Part shown: piece by piece, positions 1 to 12,822 of the stretch
Layout: every line of letters begins with the position of its first letter
How positions within the stretch are numbered: position 1 is the first letter of the stretch
NCBI GenBank assembly: GCA_964016885.1
Contig: OZ024742.1
Span: 104,780,001-104,844,000 of the forward strand
Source: Eledone cirrhosa
Lineage: Eukaryota
Direction of reading: 5' to 3'
DNA length: 64,000 bases
Notes under the pieces: model-generated
Seen by the model: the letters and a program-made list of their open reading frames with translations, nothing else
The model's database searches: none
Told to the model about the DNA's origin: nothing
Position numbers and translations under genes: made by a program

Positions 1-470
1 GGGACGACTTGATAAATTCTGACCTCACACACTTAGACCTCTCCAAGACAATGTCACTGGACCGAGATCTTTGGCCCTACACAGTAATACAGAAGACCCG
101 CCTTACCTAAGTACAAAGTGAAACCTACTACAGTCAGTAGGCACCTCTTACAAACCCCATCCACACCACCCCTTTCAATGTAAAGTTATGTTGGTACCAC
201 AACATCCAGTCCTAAACAAATGAGGTCGTGTAGGTGTCACGACAAAAAAACACACAGTCCACGCTGTAATGTGGCCGTGTAGGTAACACGGTAAAAACCT
301 CCCAGTCCACACCGTAAACGTGGTTGGTGTTAGGAAGGGCATCCAGCCGTAGACAACCTGCCAGACAGTCCTGAGCAAGACAACCAATCTTGTCTCAAGT
401 GGGACAATTCGCATCCAGACCCATGCTAGCGTGGAAAATGGACGTTAAACGATGATGATGATGATGATGA
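1..470 (+). mobile_element. 3' end of an RTE-clade LINE: ORF C-terminus (stop at 108-110), 3' UTR and (GAT)n tail
   Basis: Frame from 3 reads DDLINSDLTHLDLSKTMSLDRDLWPYTVIQKTRLT*, resembling RTE ORF ends (D-L...DR..W). The UTR carries the GGTTGGTGTTAGGAAGGGCATCCAGC and CCCATGCTAGCGTGGAAAATGGACGTTAAACGATGATG motifs repeated across the window. Confidence 0.8.
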
Positions 471-2226
471 TATACGGAGTGTCTCCGGTGGGATCCTATT
501 GTCTACTTGCTGGAGAAAGTGACCTAGTCCCACACATTCCCGCATCACATGAGACACCTTATTTGCATACTATCTGAAGAGATGAAATGTAGAGTTGACT
601 TTAATGAGATTTGTAATTGGAATATAAATGGACATTACTAAATACAGCAAAACATGTAGCCATACATTTTTACTACTTCATTTCACTACCCTTTAATATT
701 GTATAAGTACCAGTCAAATACTGGGATTAACTATTAATGTCCTGTACCACATGAAACAGCATTAGCAAAATATTCTTGGAAAGTACAAAACAGTACTATG
801 ACTGGATCAAACTAAATAGCAAATCTTTAGTATAATACTGCAAATTTTCACAATAATTAGTCCACTAGTAAAAAGTTACTATAAACATCTGAATTAACCA
901 ACATATCTTTTGACATTTTTTCTAAATTACGTGATGTTAAGAGATAGTATAATCAAAAGTTCCTTCCAAAAAAATGTGTGATATTATACCTATAAAGAAC
1001 AGGATGAGTTGCAAAAGACTGAAAACTAGGAAAACATTCTTGGAAGTTAATCATGTTTCTTAGATAACCCAAATAAATGATATTTCTTAGATAACCTGAA
1101 TAACTTTTGATGGGAACTGATACAGCATAATGTCAAAAGTTTGTCATAGCAAGAACAAATTTAGAAACAGGAACATGCTTTCTTTATATGAAGTAGAATT
1201 ATGAAATTGAAAGTTTATTTGATTTAAATACATAGAATAAAGTATGTAGGTATGTTTGAACCTGTAACTCCTGATGGAGTAGTAGGGGCACCCTAATGAC
1301 ATGTAGCATGTCTTATGTATTTTAAACCTGGCAAAGCCTATAAACAGTCAATGTCTTTCAGTGAAGGAGAGAGAGAGAGAGAGAGAGAGAGAAGGAGATA
1401 GAAAGGAAGTGAGATAGAGATGTAGAGGAAAAATTTACTACTTGGACTTGTTCCTTTTTTTATTGACCCTGAAAGGATGAAACCAAAGTTGACTTTGGTG
1501 GAATTTGAACTCAGAGCTGGAATGAATACCAGAAACATTCTATCTGACACTTAAATGACTCTGCTAATTTGCCGCATACATTGAATAATAGAGTTTATTA
1601 AACATATATATTTAAATCACAGTATTACCCTCAGCAATACTGCAAGTTTGAAAGCTGGCCTAAGAACTCATCAAAGGGAACTCCCACACCCCTTGTGATA
1701 TGTGATTGAGTGTGCCTGGCTTCTCCTATTTTTCTTCTTTTTTTATCTGCAACTTAAATATATGTTGTCAATGACCCAGCTGTCCCTCACATAACAAATA
1801 CTACTGTTTGAGGCATGTGTAAAAAATGATACTGTATAGCAGTTCAGCATGGGAAGTAAATAGAGAGGACCTAAAGCAACAGCTACTGTAGAGAAATGAT
1901 ATGATCTATCAAGTGTATAAAATTGATTCCTAATTTTGGCACAAGGCCAGCAAATTTAGGGAAAGGGCAAAGTTGATTAAATCAATTTCAGTACTTGACT
2001 GGTGCTTTATTTTATCAATTCCCCACCCTTGTATAAAGTAAAATTCAAATACAAATTGAGGGTATGTAGAGCTATGTTTACCATTCTCTCCCAAATTCCA
2101 TTCCATTCAATAATTACGGAATATTTTTGGCACCTACAGCCATAAAAAAAATAATGAATGGCAACAGAATAAAATTATTTTCTATAAACCTTATGAATTA
2201 TCAAAGCACTAGGAGTGTTTGAAATT

Positions 2227-2414
2227 TGAAAATGTGAGAGTCCTAAACACAGAAAATAACTGTAATAACAGGTGATCACTATTGATAATAGTTAGGAAAA
2301 TTGGGTAAATTACCCTTATCTTTTAGGATAATTTACCAAATTCTGAAAACTATTATCAATAGTAATTGACTGTTATTACAGTTATTTTCTGTGTTTAGGA
2401 CTCTCACATTTTCA
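2227..2414. repeat. 188-bp fold-back palindrome (MITE-like or Penelope-like remnant)
   Basis: The outer 45 bp (TGAAAATGTGAGAGTCCTAAACACAGAAAATAACTGTAATAACAG) are a perfect reverse complement of the right end; imperfect pairing continues to a short central loop. Confidence 0.85.
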
Positions 2415-4556
2415 TTATTTTCTATTCGAGTTTGAGTGCTGTGAAGGGCAAAATTGATTATATCAATCCTTGTACTTGACTGGTACATTATTCTATTGAC
2501 CCTGGAAGATGAAAGTCAAAATTGACCTTGGCTGGAATTGAACTCAGAACAAATACTGCAATGGCATTATATTCAATGGTCGACCTATTTTGCTAATCTA
2601 CCATCCTTCACAAAATTATATTCTCTGAATTTTTTTGACAAATTTTCTTTTCCTTATTAGTCTCGTCTTTTTCCTATTCTTTGCAAATTATGGCCAGAAT
2701 TTGAAAATATCAGCACCAATACCTGAAATGAATGATGTGGGTTTTGTTCCTATGTACCATATTTCTTTACATAAATTGACAGTATTTGAACACATATTTC
2801 GCACTATTAACTACTATAGCCAGCAAATGTCTAAAAACAGTTATGTGGTTTATGTGCCTAGATGTTCGTTAATATATTTCTTTACATATGTCGAGAGTAT
2901 TTAAATATATTTTGCAATACACACCTACTAGCAATAACAACCACCAATATATGAAAGCAATTATGAATGCATTTCTAGTACATTCTGTTTTATTGTACAA
3001 TTGATTTTGGTTTTAGCATTATGTTTTGCTAGCCCATCATATGATGTATTGGACAGAGCAAGGCGGGGTCACATAATTAATATTCAAGTAACTTGCCAGA
3101 AAAAATAAATTATTAAAAAAACAAAACAAGAACTAAGCAATTACATATTTTGATTTAAAAAACAAAATTGAACTTTCTAGTTTCAGTGGTATCTGTCATA
3201 TCAGAGTGGTTACTCAAAGTTGCTCACACAAGTAATCAAGCTTAAAGATAAAGGGGAAAGAAGTGGCACATACATTTTAAGTTGGAGGTAGTGATGGGTT
3301 CAGACATAGCTTGGGTATCAATAGCTTAATTTAATGTATACAAGAGGAATGAATTTGTTAGTACAAACATATATGAGCAGCTGGCATATGCCAGGTTACA
3401 AAATGTGATGGGCTGACAATAGGTGTAATTGTGGAGGAGGTAGACCAAGGAAGACTTGAGAAGGAGCTATCAGTTTGGATAAGGTGACATAGAAAAAAAT
3501 TGCTATTTTCTAGAACTTAACTGCTTTCAATTCCAGCATGGAAAATTGGGTTCTAAAACATTTATAATTTTGATGTATAGGCACTCATTTGCCTATGTAC
3601 ATATGTTTATCAGTGTTTATATATGTGTATATACTATTGTGAGTATGCATTATGTGAATATACATATATATCTAGATAGATAGATTTCTTTAAATTTCTT
3701 CATTAAAAAGGAAACAATCTCCAACCAAGAAACAAATTCCCTTATTGGCAACTAGACAAGAATAGCCGCTAGTTAGAGTCAGATGTTGGATTTAAAGAAG
3801 TCTTGCATAGTTTTACTACTCAACCATATATATCAGTATATTTCCTGTTTCCATGCTGGCATAAGTTGGACTATATATCTGTATATATTTCTGTGCATAT
3901 ATGATATATATAATATGAGGTTTTACTCGGAGGTGTTCGTGGGTTCATGGACCTGCGGTGGCTGTGAAGCCATTATTTCAGAGGCTAACGAAAGATTAGC
4001 CACACTTATTTCTCTACACCATAATCACAGTGACAGAACATGACTATCAAGGATATATTTAATTTTTGCTTAATTGCTTCCTTCCCCTAATTCTTTAATC
4101 AAATCTTTAAATTTTAAACCTAAATTTTACATTTTTAATCTTTAATCGTAATTTCAAACTCTACCTTAAGACCTTTGGGGTTCTAGTTCTGACTGTACAT
4201 CCGGCCACTATATTTTTTAGTACTTTTGATTAATGCCAACGAAAGTTTTTTTCTCTGTAACCTGATCTCCTTTACCACTAGCATGTGTCCATATGGCAGT
4301 GGGTGACAGCATGGTAGTAGTAGACATACTACTTATACTGGTCCCCTAACCCTACCGACAGGGTAGTAATCACTATAAGTATACAGCCCCCTGACCAAAC
4401 CGACAAGACAAAATTAAGTAGATTCCTCACTTGAAGGTGGTCATCCAGACTGGCAACAGCTGGCCCTGACCACCTTCGGGTCTTAAACATTTCTCTCTGC
4501 TTTTCATCCTCTTGGATTGTGTTTACCATTATTCCTGTATTATATAACTTTTATAC

Positions 4557-4624
4557 AATAAACACCTGATGATGTCACCAGGATCCTATGGACCCTGGTC
4601 ACTGAAATGTTCATAGCGTTTGTT
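4557..4624 (+). ncRNA. Candidate minimal type I hammerhead ribozyme (degenerate)
   Basis: Stem I AATAAACAC / CTGATGA (4566-4572) / stem II GTCACCAGGATCC-TAT-GGACCCTGGTCAC / GAAA (4604-4607) / TGTTCA / TA / stem I' GCGTTTGTT, followed by AATAAA. Confidence 0.65.
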
Positions 4625-4752
4625 ATAATAAATCTTTGAAGGAATTTCACCAGTTCAGTCTCCTGTCATTTTACTCAATAATTATATATCATCATCATCA
4701 TCATCATCATCATCATTTAACGTCCATATTCCACGCTTGCATGGGTTTGGAC

Positions 4753-4796
<44 letters not shown>

Positions 4797-4826
4797 AAAG
4801 AATAGAGGTGTAACACACAAGTTATT

Positions 4827-4914
4827 ATATATTGGTAAACGGAATAGAAAATGCTGACAAATTTTTCAACTGTGAACAATTTGTCAGCATTTTCTATTCT
4901 GTTTACCAATATAT
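4827..4914. repeat. 88-bp near-perfect palindrome next to a (TA)n tract
   Basis: Arms 4827-4863 and 4878-4914 are reverse complements with a single G/T difference. Confidence 0.85.
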
Positions 4915-4932
4915 GTATATATATATAGGCCA

Positions 4933-5228
4933 AAACACTGTAAAGTGGCCGTGATGGTGACATGGTAAAAAAAACACCCAGTCCACACTGTAGAGTGGTC
5001 ATGGAAGTATCACAACAAAAAGCACCAAGTACTCACTGTAAATGAGGTTGGTGTTAGGAAGGGCATCCAACTGTAGAAACCAAGCCAAAATCAGTTCTGT
5101 ATGAGCAAGATATGGTCACCTAACCTAATATTACCTACAACACAACAAAATGTCTAACCCATGCCAGAATGGAAGAATGGATGTAAAACGATGATGATGA
5201 TGAAAATGATATTAATGATGAAGATGAT
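4933..5228 (+). mobile_element. 5'-truncated RTE 3'-UTR fragment with 48-bp units and (GAT)n tail
   Basis: Same CACTGTAAAGTGG...AAAAAGCACCCAG units and GGTGTTAGGAAGGGCATCCA tail as 1-470. Confidence 0.75.
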
Positions 5229-5741
5229 ACATATTTATTCTTTAAGGCCAAGTTTGAGTCTTGTTACTCTGAAGTTTTTCCTGTGTACTCACATGGTCAT
5301 CAGATGAGCTTGGCCTTTATAAAGAATATATTAATCTCTACTAAGGTATTCTCATGACCATCAATACCATGTGTGAATGTATAAATATATGTACACACAT
5401 ATTTTTCTTTTGTTTTAGAGGATGGAATTTTCTGCCACTTCTCACTGTCCCATTCACAGATTAGAGTTTGTAAATTGTTTGTACTTCTATGTTTTTGAGA
5501 GCTGCAACTTTTCAAAAGTTGTGTAATAAATGTTTGTCTGTTACATAACTAACTGCCTCAAAACCCCCAGAAACAAATCCAAATTCATAGTCCATGTGTA
5601 GAACTTTAAACTCTTGCACCAGTTGTCTATAAATAATGTTATATTTTTGTGTATCAAGAATTCTATCCTGTCATTCCATATACCAAGATTTACAACCCCA
5701 TCCCACTACTCCTACTCCCCCCCCCCCCACTCCCACCAACA

Positions 5742-6060
5742 CCACCCTTTCTCAAAAGTTATGTTGCTACCACAACATCCAGTCCAAAATAAATGAGGTC
5801 GTGTAGGTGTCATGGCAAAAAAACACACACACAGTCCACGCTGTAATGTAGCCATGTAGGTAACATGGTAAAAACCTCCCAGTCCACACTGTAAACGTGG
5901 TTGGTGTTAGGAAGGGCATCCAGCCGTAGAAAACCTGCCAGACAGTCCTATATGAGCGAAACATGGTCACCAGACCAATCTTGCCTTAAGTAGGACAATT
6001 TCCGTCTAAACCCATGCTAGCGTGGAAGATAGACGTTAAACGATGATGATAATGATGATG
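5742..6060 (+). mobile_element. RTE 3'-UTR fragment closely matching 165-470
   Basis: Colinear with AAAGTTATGTTG.TACCACAACATCCAGTCC...GACGTTAAACGATGATG. Confidence 0.8.
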
Positions 6061-6843
6061 TATTTCTATATTTTTAATGGTATTTGAGAGAGATGTGGCT
6101 GCTATTTCTAACAAGGCATGTGATTATACAGAAGTTTCTCTCCACAATTGGTTCACTGCTTCATTGTAGGTTTATTGTGCAACTGATATGTTCATTTGCA
6201 TCAAAGCATGGCAAATAAAGATTTCTAATTTTGACAGAAGACCAGTAATTGTTTCATGAAGGGAAGAGGGGGTGAAGGGAAAATTGGTTATATCAACCTC
6301 AGTACGTGACTGGTACTTTTGTTTTATTGACCCTGGAAGGATAAAAAGGCAAAGTTGACCTTGGCATGATTTTAACTCAGAATGTGAAGAGCCAGAATAA
6401 ATACCACAAAGTATTTGTTTAATGGTCTAACAACTCTGCCAAACACATGGCAAATAATGGCAGATGAAACCACCCAGTGAGAGCAATAACTACAAGTAGC
6501 CTACTTCAGTGAGATGCCATGCTACAGAATCAACCGCATGCTGTCTGCAAGAAAGAAAAAAATGCTTTACAAGCATTTGATACCAATATAGAATTAACTC
6601 TTCTGAATTAAATTCTTTTCAAAATATTTATTTACCAAATTTCTTGAAATTTTAATGAGAACATTTGGTAAAGCCATTTTACTGCCAGCATTTAGCACCA
6701 ATATTTTGTGCCATAATATCAGATATGAAATAACTAGAAGCTGAGGAAGTATTAGTATAATGAGTTTTATAGTATTTAAAAAAAAGATTCTGACAAAGAA
6801 TGCATACAATTTTATGGCCATCATCAGAATGGAGGAACTATTA

Positions 6844-7036
6844 ATAATTGCTTCTACTTTTGGCACAAGGTCAGCAATTACCCAGTACATTACTGGTACT
6901 TTATTTTATCGACCCCGTAAGGATGAAAGGGAAAGTTAACCTCGACAGGATTTGAACTCAGACCGTAAAGGGATGTAACTATGCTAGAAAGCATGGCATC
7001 CAACCCTCTACCGATACTGCCAATTTACCACCCCTT
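6844..7036 (-). mobile_element. tRNA-derived SINE (family B, ~190 bp) with target-site duplication
   Basis: Reverse complement of the 8345-8531 copy; flanked by AAT[G/A]GAGGAACTATTA (6828-6843 and 7037-7052). Confidence 0.85.
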
Positions 7037-7091
7037 AATAGAGGAACTATTAGTAATGATGATTTAAAACATTGGTATAAGGCTACATATT

Positions 7092-7314
7092 TTAACACTT
7101 AACATTCTGTAAATATTTAGCAGATAATATCTAAAAGTGGGTTTGTTAATTCAAATGTTTGTCGTATCTTTACTACTGGGGAAATCATTGTGAAAATTTG
7201 CAGTATTTGTAATAAGATTTGGATTTTAATGTGATGCAGTCATAGTGGTATTTTGTACTTTTCAAGAGAGACTTGCAAATGTAGCTTCATGTGGTATAAA
7301 ATGTTAAGTGTTAA
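7092..7314. mobile_element. TTAA-flanked piggyBac-like MITE (relatives at 17059-17276 and 57889-58110)
   Basis: TTAA-CACTTAACATT...AATGTTAAGTG-TTAA termini; internal similarity to the other two copies. Confidence 0.6.
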
Positions 7315-7569
7315 TATATTCCCTGATATATGCTTTATCAAACACAAGAATGATGAAAAACATTGTTGATTCTCACAGGATACAAACTCAGAATGCTGTG
7401 AACTGGAACAAATATGGAGAGACAAATCTAAAAATTGTAGGATATTTGGTAAAACACTCTTCCAGTTTAAATCAGTGTAACTATGCCAACATGTTAGGAA
7501 CTATCAGCAATAATAAAAGGTTTAAATATATATGTGTGTATATAGTTTTATATAATTTTGATGTATACA

Positions 7570-8344
7570 CACATCATCCTCATCATTTTATGTCTATATT
7601 TCTATGCTTGCATGTGTTGGATGGGTTCTTTTCAGCACAGGATCTCTCTACTTGTCGTGTTCCTTTGTCATCTTCTCAGCTCTCACCACCTCTGCCAGGT
7701 CTTCCTTGGTATACCTCTTCTGAGGTTTCTTTCCTGGCACTTCTTCACCCATCGATCATCATCCATCCCCATCACATGTCCATACCAATTCAATCTTTCT
7801 TTTGCACACTCCTTCTGATTCCTCTTAAACCCAGTCTCTCCCCTAGTTCATTCAAGCACTGCTGTTCTCGCACACTTACATTGCACATCCATCAAAGCAT
7901 AGTTGTTTCATTTCCCTCCAGCCTACTCATGCTCCCTGCAGTTCCAACCCATGTTTCAGCCATCTGTTTATGCGTAGGGAGAAACCTTTTGTTGTCAACT
8001 ATGGAAGTAGCTTTCTAAACTTCTTCCATCCTATCTTTATTTTAGCTATTATACTCTTGAAGCACCCTCCTCCACTGCTAATTAGGTCACCTAGGTAGCA
8101 TAAGCTATCAACTGCTTCTATGGATCCTTCATGTAACTGAAAAAGGTTTATATCACTGATGTGCTTCCTGTCAAATTACCCATGTGCATCTTCTACATAC
8201 AAAGTCTTTCCTTCCTGTTAGCCTACCCATTATCCCACAACATCTCCTGTGTATCCAAGAATTACATTGTGTATGTCGTATAGAGTTTCTGCTTAGTCCT
8301 TTTCTACATATCGAGCATGATGACTTTCCATTATATGCAGGAAA
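7570..8344 (-). mobile_element. Degenerate RTE LINE fragment (PHD-finger region to C-terminus)
   Basis: Minus strand encodes GKSSCSICRKGLSRNSIRHTQCNSWIHRRCCGIMGRLTGRKDFVCRRC and a YLGDLISSGGG-like segment, homologous to the 41.4-43.4 kb element. Confidence 0.75.
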
Positions 8345-8531
8345 GGGCGGTGGATTGGCAGTATCGGTAGAAGGTCGGACGCCATGCTTCGACGCATAGA
8401 GTTACGGCCCTTGCCATTCTGAGTTCAAATCCCGCTGAGGTTAACTTTGCCTTTCATCCTTACGGGGTCGATAAAATAAAGTACCAGTAATGCACTGGGT
8501 AATTGCTGGCCTTGTGCCAAAAGTAGAAACA
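8345..8531 (+). mobile_element. Full-length tRNA-derived SINE (family B) with perfect 15-bp TSD
   Basis: A-box-like TGGCAGTATCGG, B-box GAGTTCAAATCC, body GCCTTTCATCCTTACGGGGTCGATAAAATAAAGTACCAG; TSD ATTATATGCAGGAAA at 8330-8344 and 8532-8546. Confidence 0.9.
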
Positions 8532-10269
8532 ATTATATGCAGGAAATTGGCAGCAGAATCATTAAAATGATTTATGATATTTGTTTTGGTTCTCTGAATT
8601 CTAGCTCAAATCCTGCTGAGGTCAACTTTGCTTTACACCCTGATGTCTCAGCCAACAGGCTCTTAATCCTTTTGATACCAAACTATTTGAAACCACCCCT
8701 GGTTCTACCATACAAAATTGTTTATTTTAAAGTGTTTATATTTATCTAAATACCTGCCATCATAATTTTATGTAAGAACTTTTGTTATGTTCCAAACACC
8801 AGCTTAATAATGAGAAAAAATCATTTTACTAAATCCCTTTAGATTCTTGATTAGTCTTGAAATTATTTGAAATTGTTATGGGTGGTTAGCAGCAGGAAGG
8901 GGACCTCACTGTAGATACCATGCTTAAAAGGATTGAGAGAACCCTTTAGCTGTGTCAAAGACATAACAACCTTCCTATTGCTGGTGATCTATACAATAAA
9001 AGCACCAAGTACATGATGTTAAATGGCTGATGTTAAGGCCATCCAGCCATAGAAGGCTTGCTAAAGGAGGGGTTAGGAAGATCCTTCAGTTTGTGTCAAA
9101 AGACATGACAACTTCTCCTTTGCACTCAGTAACGACCATATGTATGCAGGATACAGACCTCCTCAGCCTGTTTGGGACATCAGTGGCCTAGCTTCAGTCT
9201 ATGTAAACCTGTTCAACTCTTGCTAGCAGCAAAAGCAGGCATTAAACAATGAAATGGATGATGTTGATTTTCATTAAAAATATGGGAATGAAAGGGTTAA
9301 ACAGCAATTTGCTTTCACTTCTTATGGCAATCAAACTATCTGATATTCAATGAAAATATCCTTTGAATTTGCTATTAGTTTTAATGCTGACACAGTTTTT
9401 TCCTTGATTTTTGGATATTAGCTGTCCAGTGAAACTGTCTGCCACAGGAGCTACACAACTAGCTTGAAGTAAAGGCTGTCAACCTATACAATTGTTCTGT
9501 AGTAAATCCTTGGCTCCTATACATTTCTGTAAAAAGCTCAGTTCACCTATCAATAACCAGCTTCAAAGCAAAGCACAATGTATTGTTGTAGCAGTAAGAA
9601 CCATTGTATCACTGATGTGCGACTTCTTGACTTGGTGTGCCAAGTTCAAATTTCACCATGATTTAAAACTGCAACTGCCAAACAAAAGGGAACAACTATC
9701 TTTTCATTAAAAAAAGAGAAAAACATGTGAAACAAAAAAAGTGGGGGGAAAATCCACACACTTAATTACGCATCACAAGAGTTACTGGAGTTTCCCTCTA
9801 ATTATTTTTGAGGCAAGCCAACACACTTGATAACAAAGTATAAGCTCTACTTACTGCACTGCAATACAAGCAGTAAAAACAAAGATAAATGGAGATAAAT
9901 TCATTTTAAAAAGCAATGAAAACTTAAACAAACAAAATCCCTTAACATAAATAAAGAATTTCTCATAAAGTGTTTTTATTTCCTGAGTTTGCTTCAGTAT
10001 AAATAAATGTTATTTATATTTTAGCTAAAGGTGTTGGCCACTCTGATGCAGTAATACCTCAGTGTTGTTAGCACCAAACTGAACCTAAGTTTGCCATAGT
10101 ATAAATATGTTATTTATATTATTTATATTTTAGCTGAAGGTGTTGGCCATTCTGATGTAATACACTAGTGTTATTAGTACAAAACTAAACCTTACCAACC
10201 AAAATCTGAAAGCACTTAGCATTAGATCTCATTGACATTCAACTAAGAAAGACTGCAGGTTGATAAATT

Positions 10270-10382
10270 GAACAGTAACTAAATAACTACTACTACAACT
10301 ACTACTAATACCACCATCACCACCACCACTACTGCTGGTAGAAGTGGTGGTAGTGGTGGTGGTGGTGGTAGTGGTGGTTGTG

Positions 10383-10425
<43 letters not shown>

Positions 10426-10845
10426 GGATGGCGGTGGTCATAGTAGGTAGTGTCAGTAGAAATAGCAGAGTACTTGGCACAGATGCTAGTGTAGCACATG
10501 ATTGAGGAATGATATAGTCTAGAAACAGAAAGATTGTATATAAACCAAGACAGGTCTTAGTGGTGGGGGTGTTTGAAATAGTAGTAGTGGTGGTGGTGGT
10601 GGAGATGTTAAGCTTAGTGGTGGTGGTGGTATTCTTTATATAGTTGGTGGTGGTGGTGTTCTTTATATAGTTGGTGGTGGTGGTGATAGTAATCTTTTGT
10701 TTATAGTAGTGGCGGTGGTTCTTGTTGTTATAATAGATGTAGTGGTGGTGTTGAGCTTGGTGGTAGTAAAGGTGATGGTGGTGGTAATCTTTTGTTTGCT
10801 GTAGTGGTGGTGGTATTGCGCTTGGTGATAATTCTGGTGGTTATT

Positions 10846-10896
<51 letters not shown>

Positions 10897-10942
10897 ATAA
10901 TAGCAGTAGTAGTAGTAATAGTAGTAGTAGTAGTAGCAGCAC

Positions 10943-10993
<51 letters not shown>

Positions 10994-11600
10994 CGATGTT
11001 GAGTTTGATGGTAGTGATGCTCTTCATAAAGGTGGTAGTGGTAGTAGTGAAGATATTTTGTCTTGTGGATGGTTTGGACAGCAGTGTGGTGATGGTGGTT
11101 GTGGTTGTGGTGTTGGTAGCAATGGACAATGGTAGTTGCAGTAGTAACAATGGTAGTGCTAGTATTGAAGAAGGATTCCAGTGGTGGTATTTGTTTTGAT
11201 GGTAGTGTTAGTAGTGATAATGGTTTTAGTGTGTGGGGTGGGGTAGTCTTGGTAATGGTAGTAGTAGTGGTGGTGGTGGTAATATTGGCAGTGGTGGTGG
11301 TGATCTTGGTAATGGTAGTGGTGGTGGTGGTAGTCTTGGTAATGGTTGTGGTAGTAATATTGGTAGTGGTGGTGGTCTTAGTGCATATGATGTGAGCTTT
11401 GATGGCAGTAGTGTTGGTAGTGGTGGTTGTAGTGTTGGTAATGGTGGTAGTAGTGATGGTAATGGTGGTAGCAGTGTTGGCAGGGATGATGGACTTGGTG
11501 ATGTTGATGTTGGCAGAGATGATGATGGTAGTATTGGTATTGATGATGATGATGATGATGATGGGTGTGAGGTGGAAATGGTGAGAGTATTGGTGATGAT
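10270..11600. repeat. Long degenerate (GTA/GTG/GAT)n trinucleotide low-complexity tract
   Basis: Direct reading; it generates the poly-V/T/G/S ORFs in the ORF track. Confidence 0.9.
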
Positions 11601-12039
11601 AGAGGCTAATAAAAACAAACATAAGCAATATACTTGGCACAGATAGGAAGTAAGTGTGCAGTTAAGTATATCAAGGTTTGTAAGATAAGAGATACAAGTG
11701 ATACACTATTAGGGAGGAAATACGCACACTAACAGAAACTCATATATTGAGTATATCAAGTATGTGCAGATATTGATGGGTGTCTGCATTTGTAAGCATA
11801 AAATGCAAGTTCAATAAAGCACACACATGTGTGTGTGTGTGTGTGTCTGTGTGTGTTTGTGTTTGTGTTTCTGGTTTTGAATGGTTACACAGCATCTCAG
11901 CTTGTCATGAGAAGTGATTAAAAGGGTTAGCATCAAAAAGGGCATCCGGTTATAATACATTGCCTCAAAAAGTCCTGTCCAACCCATGCCAGCATGAAAA
12001 TATTGACATAAAAACAATGATGAAATATATATATATATA

Positions 12040-12096
<57 letters not shown>

Positions 12097-12143
12097 CTTA
12101 CTTATACATATGTATATAAATATATATATATACCTATACATAT

Positions 12144-12229
<86 letters not shown>

Positions 12230-12441
12230 ATATATAAATATATATATACACATGCCTATCCATATACATATATGAGGAGATTACAAATCATGAGAGTACT
12301 TAATGAATGTGGAGATGCAGAGTGGGTATAGAGGTTTAATCTCAACCACAGTAGCAAACGCTTTTGGCTTGTGTGTTCAGCAAGCCAAAACCATTTGGTA
12401 TTGCAGTCAAGATTATACCTCTCTCTCTCTATATATATATG

Positions 12442-12518
<77 letters not shown>

Positions 12519-12601
12519 GGAGGTGAGTTTTATTGTAGTACAATAAAGCAATGCAAATATTGGATAAGCAGCACTCTACAGTTTGTAGGACTGGAGTATA
12601 A

Positions 12602-12822
12602 ATAATATAAGATGAAAAGATGGTTAAAAGAGTTCCAAGTATTTTATTATGCGCATTTCAATATGTTGATTTAAAACTTCACTATTCACAAGTGTTTTTT
12701 AACCTTCATATCATGTATCCCTATTTTATCTGATGAAAACGCAGATATCATCTCATGATGATATTTGTTTTTGAAATGCGCATAATAAAATACTTGGAAC
12801 TCTTTTAACCATCTTTTGATCT

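Noticed and set aside
5243-5318. Minus-strand CTGATGA...GAAA motif inside a short inverted repeat
   Set aside because: Stem III and the cleavage triplet cannot be formed, and stem I is not adjacent to the core; at most a decayed remnant.
7308-8018. 236-aa plus-strand ORF
   Set aside because: It spans a MITE end, unique DNA and the antisense strand of a decayed RTE fragment; no domain is recognisable.
10229-11646. Mucin-like, Gly-rich or extensin-like ORFs
   Set aside because: Overlapping open frames on both strands arise from a degenerate trinucleotide tract; no signal peptide, splice context or domain supports coding.
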